From: an uncultured bacterium
Lineage (GTDB): Bacteria > AUK180
Assembly (NCBI GenBank): GCA_937863565.1
Contig: CALMGJ010000012.1
Location: 1-64,000 of the forward strand
Reading direction: 5' to 3'
DNA length: 64,000 bases
This document shows positions 57,709 through 64,000 of this stretch, piece by piece. The position numbers were made by a program, and so were the translations under genes. The notes beneath the pieces were generated by a model that was given only the letters and a program-made list of their open reading frames with translations, was not told where the DNA came from and made no database searches. Each line of letters starts with the position of its first letter. Position 1 is the stretch's first letter.

Positions 57709-58383
57709 ATGAATAATATCGGTATCCGCGCCGAAAGCACGCTTCACAGAAAATTAAAAGAATACTATGCTGCTCCCGGGGACGAATTAGAGAAGAAGAT
57801 CGGCGGTTACTATATCGATATCGTAAGAGGGAATATGCTGATAGAGATCCAGACCGGGAATTTCACCGGAATAAGAAAAAAACTGAAAGCGCTTCTCCCT
57901 TCATATCAAGTGAAGGTTGTTCATCCTGTCTATCAGACAAAGTATATCGAAAGAAAAGATCCCTCCGGAAGGGTGCTCTCGAGACGGTTGTCTCCCAAAA
58001 AGGAGAATATCTACAAGATCTTCGATGAACTCGTCGCCATGCCGGATTTGATAAACGAAGCGCACTTTACGCTTGAACTTCTATTGACCAATATTGAAGA
58101 GATGAGGGTTACCGACGGCAAGGGCAGCTGGAGAAGAAAAGGGGTTTCGATAGAGGACCGGGATTTGATCTCGGTGAACGCCTCAATACCCCTGAACCAC
58201 AAGAACGATTTTCTTACTTTCCTTCCTTTCAAGAAAGGGGATCTGTTTACCGTGCGGGAATTATCGGATGCCGCCGCGATTAAGATATATGAAGCCGGCC
58301 GCGCCGTTTATTGCCTAAGCAGAATGGGCACTATCGAAAAGATCGGCAAGAAAGGCAGATGGTATTTATACGGATTAATTTAA
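57709..58383 (+). CDS. Conserved hypothetical protein, PD-(D/E)xK-like fold with C-terminal wHTH
   Basis: ESTLHRKLK..IDI..LIEIQT; FTVREL..AVYCL..G. Confidence 0.5.
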   Translation: MNNIGIRAESTLHRKLKEYYAAPGDELEKKIGGYYIDIVRGNMLIEIQTGNFTGIRKKLKALLPSYQVKVVHPVYQTKYIERKDPSGRVLSRRLSPKKENIYKIFDELVAMPDLINEAHFTLELLLTNIEEMRVTDGKGSWRRKGVSIEDRDLISVNASIPLNHKNDFLTFLPFKKGDLFTVRELSDAAAIKIYEAGRAVYCLSRMGTIEKIGKKGRWYLYGLI

Positions 58384-58423
58384 TTGAATTTCCCAAGTAG
58401 AAGATATGCAGTGTCCCTTTATA

Positions 58424-59029
58424 TCAGGGAATAAAGGTGATCGTGGCCGTGACCGTAGAGCCCGCAATATTATCGGTCACCATGATAGTTGCAGTTCCGC
58501 CGATATTGTAATCGTAGAAACGGTTGTTGTACCACGATATCGGATATGAATAGTACCAATACCCCATAGTTGTAGCACCGGGGATTACGCTCCATGATAA
58601 ATTGCAGTTCCCATAACGGTCAGTGGCATAATTATAGGCATAGTACCACTGATAGCTGTAAGAGGAATAATTATAGGTCCAGTTCCCCTCTAGATAAAAA
58701 GTATCTACATAATATTCCGTGACGCCTTCATTGCCCTTAGAATCTTTCACCTTAATATAAAGCCAGTAATCTGATGCGACCGAGCCCACATGTATCCTTC
58801 CGAATTCGTCGATCCAGCACGTGCCCGATCCGTCGTATGTGATCTCGAAGGTATACGGCTCGAAACCGAGCATTCCTTTCAAGGTATATACATTATTCTG
58901 ATGGAGGTGAATATTCCCAACTTTTAAAGTGATCGGCCCGAATGTCCTGTCGATCTTCATGGCGCATGAGGCGGTAAGCAGGATAATTAAGGCCAGAGAA
59001 ATCAGGATAATTGATCTTCTTTTCAACAT
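58424..59029 (-). CDS. Variable lipoprotein, paralog 4
   Basis: TAS-C lipobox; shared N-domain RTFGPITLK..HQNNVY..GFEPYTFEI..GTCWIDEFGRIH; AAGGAG SD favours start 59029. Confidence 0.8.
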   Translation of the reverse strand: MLKRRSIILISLALIILLTASCAMKIDRTFGPITLKVGNIHLHQNNVYTLKGMLGFEPYTFEITYDGSGTCWIDEFGRIHVGSVASDYWLYIKVKDSKGNEGVTEYYVDTFYLEGNWTYNYSSYSYQWYYAYNYATDRYGNCNLSWSVIPGATTMGYWYYSYPISWYNNRFYDYNIGGTATIMVTDNIAGSTVTATITFIP

Positions 59030-59040
59030 ACAACTCCTTT

Positions 59041-59670
59041 TCACGGTGATACAGAGACGGATTTTGTGACCGTACTTCCTGCCACAAGATCATAAACGAG
59101 CAGATTAAGGGTATATGTGCCCGATTGGCCGAGTTGATCGTACACATAATCATAGTCGCTGTTCCAGTTGGTATACCCATAATATTCGCAGTAAAGAAAG
59201 TAGTTATTATATCGGGATCCCGAGATCGTGAATCTCGTACGCACCCATCCATTCTTGTCCGTTGCGCAATTATTAAGATAATAATAGTTAGAATAAGTGG
59301 TTGTCATCGAGAGGGCGATCGATGACGGCCCGGTCAGGATCAGTTTATTCACAGTGTATTCAGAGATGCCTTCATTCCCCTTGGAATCTTTTACCTTTAT
59401 CTGAAGCAGATAATCCGTTGCGAATGCTCCCGCATGTATCCTTCCGAACTCGTCGATCCAGCATGTGCCCGATCCGTCGTATACGATCTCGAAGGTATAC
59501 GGCTCAAAACCGAGTGCTCCTTTCAGGGGATATACATTGTTCTGATGAAAATGGATATTCGCCACTTTCAAAGTGATCGGCCCGAATGTCCTGTCGATCT
59601 TCACGGCGCAGGATAATGACAAAACGGCTACTATAAGCAGTGCAAGTAAAAATGCCGCCTTCCTCTTCAT
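59041..59670 (-). CDS. Variable lipoprotein, paralog 3
   Basis: SLS-C lipobox; same N-domain. Confidence 0.85.
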   Translation of the reverse strand: MKRKAAFLLALLIVAVLSLSCAVKIDRTFGPITLKVANIHFHQNNVYPLKGALGFEPYTFEIVYDGSGTCWIDEFGRIHAGAFATDYLLQIKVKDSKGNEGISEYTVNKLILTGPSSIALSMTTTYSNYYYLNNCATDKNGWVRTRFTISGSRYNNYFLYCEYYGYTNWNSDYDYVYDQLGQSGTYTLNLLVYDLVAGSTVTKSVSVSP

Positions 59671-59738
59671 TGTTGCCCTCCCATCTAGGGAATGAAATTA
59701 ATGGTCTTCGTTACGGAAGACCCCGCATTGACATCATA
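59594..59738. repeat. 145-bp direct repeat, copy A (gene end + intergenic + signal peptide)
   Basis: Identical to 60238-60382 except one base; offset 644 bp. Confidence 0.9.
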
Positions 59739-60314
59739 TACGACAGTATTTATGCTGAATGAATTACTGTGATTGCAGTATTGATCGTATATATAATCGA
59801 AGTTTCCCCATACCGGATAGTTCCAGTTATAGCCGGAGTACCACCAGTATGCGTTATATGTATTCCCCGTGATGACCCAGTGTGTCTTAATGCTCCCGCT
59901 TCTATCCTCTGCCGCATTCACCAGAAAATACTGGAAATATGTTCCCAGCGACATGTCGATCGTATCGGGTCCGCTTATCCATAATCTGTCCACGATATAT
60001 TCGTTGACACCCTCATTTCCCTTTGCGTCACGAACCTTGATCCCAAGAAGATAAGTGTCATTGGCATAGAGCCCGGCATGAAGCCTGAAATATTCATCTA
60101 TCCAGCACGTGCCTGATTCATCGTATGTGATCTCGAATGTATACGGTTCGAAGCCGAGCATTCCCTTCAACTTATAAACATTATTCTGATGAAAATGGAG
60201 ATTTGCCGCTTTTAGGGCGATCGGCCCGAATGTTCTCTCGATCTTCACGGCGCAGGATAATGAAAAAACGGCTACTATAAGCAGTGCAAGTAAAAATGCC
60301 GCCTTCCTCTTCAT
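59685..60314 (-). CDS. Variable lipoprotein, paralog 2
   Basis: SLS-C lipobox; same N-domain. Confidence 0.85.
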   Translation of the reverse strand: MKRKAAFLLALLIVAVFSLSCAVKIERTFGPIALKAANLHFHQNNVYKLKGMLGFEPYTFEITYDESGTCWIDEYFRLHAGLYANDTYLLGIKVRDAKGNEGVNEYIVDRLWISGPDTIDMSLGTYFQYFLVNAAEDRSGSIKTHWVITGNTYNAYWWYSGYNWNYPVWGNFDYIYDQYCNHSNSFSINTVVYDVNAGSSVTKTINFIP

Positions 60315-60382
60315 TGTTGCCCTCCCATCTAGGGAATGAAATTAATGGTCTTCGTTACGGAAGACCCCGCATTGACATCATA
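60238..60382. repeat. 145-bp direct repeat, copy B
   Basis: See copy A. Confidence 0.9.
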
Positions 60383-60958
60383 GATGACCGCATTTATACT
60401 GAATGAAATAGACTGGTTGCAGTATGAATCATATATATAGTCATAAGTGTTCCACCAGGGGTTGTATCCGTACCACCCGCAATAATACCAGTATGCATTG
60501 TAGGAATTGCCGACAATGGTCCAGCGTGTCCTGTAATTTCCGTATCTGTCGGGTACCGCATTGAAAAGATCGAACTGGAAAGTGCTCGAATAGGACATGT
60601 CGATCGGATCGGGTCCGCTTACAATTAACTCGTTCACGACATATTCGCTGATCCCTTCATTCCCCTTTGAATCCCTCACTTTTACCTGAAGCGTATATTC
60701 TCCCGCGTATGAACCCACGTGTATCCTTCCGAATTCGTCGATCCAGCATGTGCCCGATTCGTCATAGTATATCTCGTAAGTATAAGGTTCGAAGCCGAGC
60801 GATCCGCGCAAGGTATAAACATTGTTCTGATGAAAATGGAGATTTGCCGCTTTTAAAGTGATGGGCCCGAATGTCCTCGATATCTTTCCGGCGCACCCGG
60901 TCATTACTATCAGAAGAAACGGAAGTAAAAGTAAAAGAAATACCTTCCTGCCTTCCAT
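60329..60958 (-). CDS. Variable lipoprotein, paralog 1
   Basis: MTG-C lipobox; same N-domain; start MEGRK avoids overlap with upstream gene (track start 60991). Confidence 0.8.
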   Translation of the reverse strand: MEGRKVFLLLLLPFLLIVMTGCAGKISRTFGPITLKAANLHFHQNNVYTLRGSLGFEPYTYEIYYDESGTCWIDEFGRIHVGSYAGEYTLQVKVRDSKGNEGISEYVVNELIVSGPDPIDMSYSSTFQFDLFNAVPDRYGNYRTRWTIVGNSYNAYWYYCGWYGYNPWWNTYDYIYDSYCNQSISFSINAVIYDVNAGSSVTKTINFIP

Positions 60959-60974
60959 AGAATGTGTTCTCTTG

Positions 60975-62114
60975 TTAAAATTTATATTCAAGCGCCAGCA
61001 TATAATTGCCCTTGATATCGGAGCGCATGTTCACTTTTATCTTCTTCCACCCGAAGAATGAAGCATCCACCATATTGTAGGCCCAGAAGATCGCGTGGAC
61101 CAGTGATACGGTGCGGTGAAATTTAAAAGAATCCTCGTATGCAAGCCAATATTCTCCTTCTTTGTCTGCGGATATGACCTTGTTCGCATTATAGTCGTCC
61201 TCAGCCGATTTTACAGAAAGGAACGTTACGATCTGTGCCGCATCAAGAGCTATATTGGATATGAGGAAAAGCCACCCCTTCCCGCTCTGGCCCTTGTATA
61301 TCTGGCCCCATCCGGGAACCAAAGCAGCGCGCCACGCGGCATTGAATGTCGTAGGCGTGTATTTCAGCACTTTGGGCGGTTTCAGCTCACGAGGTTTCCG
61401 GGGCTGATTGAAAGAAAAATCATAATCGTTCTTCTTGTCCTTTTTCTTCGCCTCTCTCTCCGCATCCGTCAAACCCGCATCTTTTTTCTTCTTCTCTTTT
61501 TTCTCTTTGGGTTTATTGTACCCGTAATCGTATGCGTCCTTTTTCTTTTTATCCTCTTTAACGATCGGAGGTTCCTCTTTCTTGGGCTCCTCTTTTTTCA
61601 CCTCAACCGGAGGTTCCTCTTTCTTCACTTCGGCGGGAGGTTCCTCTTTCTTGGGTTCCTCTTTCTTCACCTCAACCGGAGGTTCCTCTTTCTTGGGTTC
61701 CTCTTTCTTCACTTCGGCGGGAGGTTCCTCCTTCTTTGTTTCCTTCTCTTTCTGGGCGAGCAGGAACTGTGTTCTGACCTTTTCAAAAACGGTCAGTATC
61801 TTAGGCGAGGTCGTGTCCTTGTCCAATTCATAATCAGGCACCAGTTTCAGGATCTCTCCGAAAAAATATTCGGCTTTATCGATCTCCTCAAAGGCAACAT
61901 GTGAAAAAGCAAGATATTTATATGCTTCGATCATACCCTGCTGATTGCTCTTTTTTACGATCTTCATGGCCGAGCCGAGCTCTTCGATGACCTTATCGAA
62001 TTCGGCATTTTCATAATAGATCCTGGCATTGTACAAGTGTTTATCGAATTCATCCAGAGAAAAAACAGCAACTGCGGTAAGAACGGCTAAGAAAACGAGA
62101 AGGATACGTTTCAT
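60975..62114 (-). CDS. Secreted TPR protein with EEPPxEVKK linker and C-terminal DUF5683-like domain
   Basis: Signal peptide; N-terminal TPRs; tandem linker; AALVPGWGQIYKGQ..KG; terminal LALEYKF. Confidence 0.75.
   Translation of the reverse strand: MKRILLVFLAVLTAVAVFSLDEFDKHLYNARIYYENAEFDKVIEELGSAMKIVKKSNQQGMIEAYKYLAFSHVAFEEIDKAEYFFGEILKLVPDYELDKDTTSPKILTVFEKVRTQFLLAQKEKETKKEEPPAEVKKEEPKKEEPPVEVKKEEPKKEEPPAEVKKEEPPVEVKKEEPKKEEPPIVKEDKKKKDAYDYGYNKPKEKKEKKKKDAGLTDAEREAKKKDKKNDYDFSFNQPRKPRELKPPKVLKYTPTTFNAAWRAALVPGWGQIYKGQSGKGWLFLISNIALDAAQIVTFLSVKSAEDDYNANKVISADKEGEYWLAYEDSFKFHRTVSLVHAIFWAYNMVDASFFGWKKIKVNMRSDIKGNYMLALEYKF
61566..61735 (-). repeat. Intragenic tandem repeats encoding KKEEPPxEV/KKEEP
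   Basis: Repeated GGAGGTTCCTCTTTCTT blocks. Confidence 0.9.
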
Positions 62115-62372
62115 ATAAAAACTCCTAATTTAAGTAAAATAACATGCATTTTCTATACCAAAAAAACCATTAACCAACATTTCCCAATAAACAGCAAATT
62201 AATATAGAACCATATAAACATTTATACTATATTTTACAACATTTATCTAATTTTTTCAACACCATTTTCCAAAAAACTTCATTTTCAGCATTACATACGG
62301 CTTCGCTTGATGTCAGCAGTCCGGGAATTTAAAAAGGTTCAAGGTGAATATCACGGTGCCGGGAAGCCAAGT

Positions 62373-62401
62373 TTGACAAAATCCTGTGTTTGCACTATAA
62401 T
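62373..62401 (+). promoter_or_regulatory. sigma70 promoter of queEC, probably leaderless
   Basis: TTGACA-17bp-TATAAT, ATG 5 nt downstream, no SD. Confidence 0.7.
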
Positions 62402-62406
62402 AAAAT

Positions 62407-63048
62407 ATGACAAAACATACTTTTCTGATCTCGGAGATCTTCGAATCGATCCAAGGGGAAGGTCCGTATGCCGGTTACCCTAAACTTTTCATTCGCCTTG
62501 CCGGCTGTAATCTCAAGTGCCCTTACTGCGATACCAAAATGAAATTGAAGAGAAAAGCCGTAAAGAAGATCCTCTTCACCGAAGTTGTGAAAAGGGTGGA
62601 AAAAAGCGTCTTCGACATTATCATCACGGGCGGCGAACCGCTTCTTCAGAAAGCAGCCGTTTTTGCCCTTGTGGAAAGATTCCCCGATAAATCTTTCGAG
62701 ATCGAGACCAACGGGACCATAGAGATAACAAGAAAGTATAGGAATGTCATCTGGGCTTTAGATATAAAAACGCCCTCTTCAAAGGGATTTTTCAATGAGG
62801 AGAACTTAAAACATATCAGACGCAGGGACTGGATCAATTTCGTGATCACGGATAAAAAAGACCTTGATTTTGCGAAAAAATTCGTAAGATCGGGGAAATT
62901 GAAAACGGATTTCATCTATTTCACGCCGGTTTACGGGGATATGGACCACGGATATCTCTGGGAACATATAGTAAAAAGCGAGATGAAAAAGGTCCGCCTC
63001 GGTTTCCAGCTTCACAAACTTATTTTCGGGAAGAAAAGTGAAAAATAA
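62407..63048 (+). CDS. queE: 7-carboxy-7-deazaguanine synthase (radical SAM)
   Basis: EIFESIQGEG, FIRLAGCNLKCPYCDT, TGGEP, ETNG, QLHK. Confidence 0.93.
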   Translation: MTKHTFLISEIFESIQGEGPYAGYPKLFIRLAGCNLKCPYCDTKMKLKRKAVKKILFTEVVKRVEKSVFDIIITGGEPLLQKAAVFALVERFPDKSFEIETNGTIEITRKYRNVIWALDIKTPSSKGFFNEENLKHIRRRDWINFVITDKKDLDFAKKFVRSGKLKTDFIYFTPVYGDMDHGYLWEHIVKSEMKKVRLGFQLHKLIFGKKSEK

Positions 63049-63718
63049 AAGATCGGTCGTCGTCGCGTCCGGAGGAATGGATTCGGCTGTTTGTCTTGCC
63101 CTATCCGTAAAGGAAGGGTATGAGACCGCGGCCTTTCACTTGAACTACCGACAGATCACGGAGAAGAAGGAGTTTGAGAGCTTTGAACTTCTTACAGCCC
63201 ATTACCGTATCAAGGAGAAGATCGTTCTTTCAACGGATGCTCTTTTCAATATTGGGGGCAGCGCGCTCTTCCGGGGCGGAACAGTGGGAAAAACGGACTA
63301 TCAAGGCATCTTGAAAAGGGATCCGAAGGACATCCCTCCTACATATGTCCCCTTCCGCAACGGCATTATCCTTTCGCTTGCCGCTGCCTGGGCCGAAAAA
63401 CTCGGAGCTTCCGTGATCTTTATCGGTGTTGCCGCGATCGATTTCTCGGGGTATCCGGATTGCGGTCCTAAATTCATCAAATCATTCTCCGCCGCGCTTT
63501 CAACGGGAACGAAAAACGGCATTACAGTCGAAGCCCCACTTCTTAAATTGAGCAAACAGGAGATAGTGAAAAAAGGAATAGGGCTTAAGGTGCCTTTTGA
63601 GATGACCTGGTCATGCTACAAGAACGAGGACAGACCTTGCGGCGAATGCGAATCCTGTATTCTGCGCGCAAAAGGCTTTACCCTTGCCGGCGAAAGGGAT
63701 CCCCTTATCAGCGGATGA
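63038..63718 (+). CDS. queC: 7-cyano-7-deazaguanine synthase
   Basis: SGGMDS, TYVPFRN, YPDC, TWSCY..CGECESC. Confidence 0.95.
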   Translation: MKNKRSVVVASGGMDSAVCLALSVKEGYETAAFHLNYRQITEKKEFESFELLTAHYRIKEKIVLSTDALFNIGGSALFRGGTVGKTDYQGILKRDPKDIPPTYVPFRNGIILSLAAAWAEKLGASVIFIGVAAIDFSGYPDCGPKFIKSFSAALSTGTKNGITVEAPLLKLSKQEIVKKGIGLKVPFEMTWSCYKNEDRPCGECESCILRAKGFTLAGERDPLISG

Positions 63719-64000
63719 AACGCCCCGCGGCCGATAATTCCTACACACCCGTACGCTGCATCTTTAAAGCCCTTTTCAATAGGGCTACCGTATATTCCAC
63801 TCTGGGTTCATACGGCAATGCTTCCGCGGACTATGAAACTATGCGCCGGATGCTTGAAGACGATCCTATATCCCTTACCGTCCCGTATCGGAAAGCCCTT
63901 ATGAATTATGCCTATATGCTAATAGACAAGACCCGTGAATACGACAAGGCGGAAACTTTGCTTGAGCACTTCCGCGCTTCTTTCGGAAAGAAGCTTCATA
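63715..64000 (+). CDS. TPR-like protein (partial, runs off window end)
   Basis: Not in ORF track; open frame MKRPAADN..ALFNRATVYSTLGSYGNASADY..EYDKAETLL, start overlaps queC stop (ATGA). Confidence 0.6.
   Translation, partial: MKRPAADNSYTPVRCIFKALFNRATVYSTLGSYGNASADYETMRRMLEDDPISLTVPYRKALMNYAYMLIDKTREYDKAETLLEHFRASFGKKLH

Noticed and set aside
58424-60958. Diversity-generating retroelement acting on the lipoproteins
   Set aside because: No reverse transcriptase or template repeat in the window; differences include indels and many non-adenine changes. A remote DGR cannot be fully excluded
62290-62372. preQ1 or other riboswitch upstream of queE
   Set aside because: Only short pairings (GGCTTC/GAAGCC), no preQ1 consensus, and the segment lies upstream of the predicted promoter
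62407-63718. Dpd 7-deazaguanine DNA-modification island
   Set aside because: No dpdA/tgt-like gene in the window; ordinary queuosine biosynthesis explains queEC

Overview
A 64-kb chromosomal window from a diderm bacterium that is probably anaerobic (class III RNR, LptE-like lipoprotein, PorV-like barrel). It carries about 55 CDS, a five-tRNA operon and many near-consensus sigma70 promoters. I found no rRNA, integrase, transposase or CRISPR array. Housekeeping genes include tdh-kbl, leuS, nrdDG, xpt, rsmG, lysS, mrdA-rodA, dapF, trxAB and queEC. Interleaved with them is a rich cell-surface gene set. (1) A sigma54-driven pilV/W/X-like operon whose first pilin is fused to a ~1100-aa adhesin-like body. 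(2) Two proteins with T9SS-like C-terminal sorting domains, one of 2859 aa, plus a PorV-like gene. (3) A putative protein O-mannosylation locus with a DPM synthase, a TMEM260/DUF2723-like gene, a GT-C and an atypical radical SAM enzyme. (4) A tandem array of four lipoproteins with a constant N-domain and a hypervariable aromatic C-domain, joined by 145-bp near-identical repeats and led by a TPR/Pro-linker/membrane-anchor protein. Non-coding signals include a two-copy intergenic MITE/REP-like element (one copy with a 22-bp x8 array), heptamer tracts, an NrdR box, structured RRM leaders and apparently leaderless genes. All family calls are by-eye motif recognition; no database searches were run.
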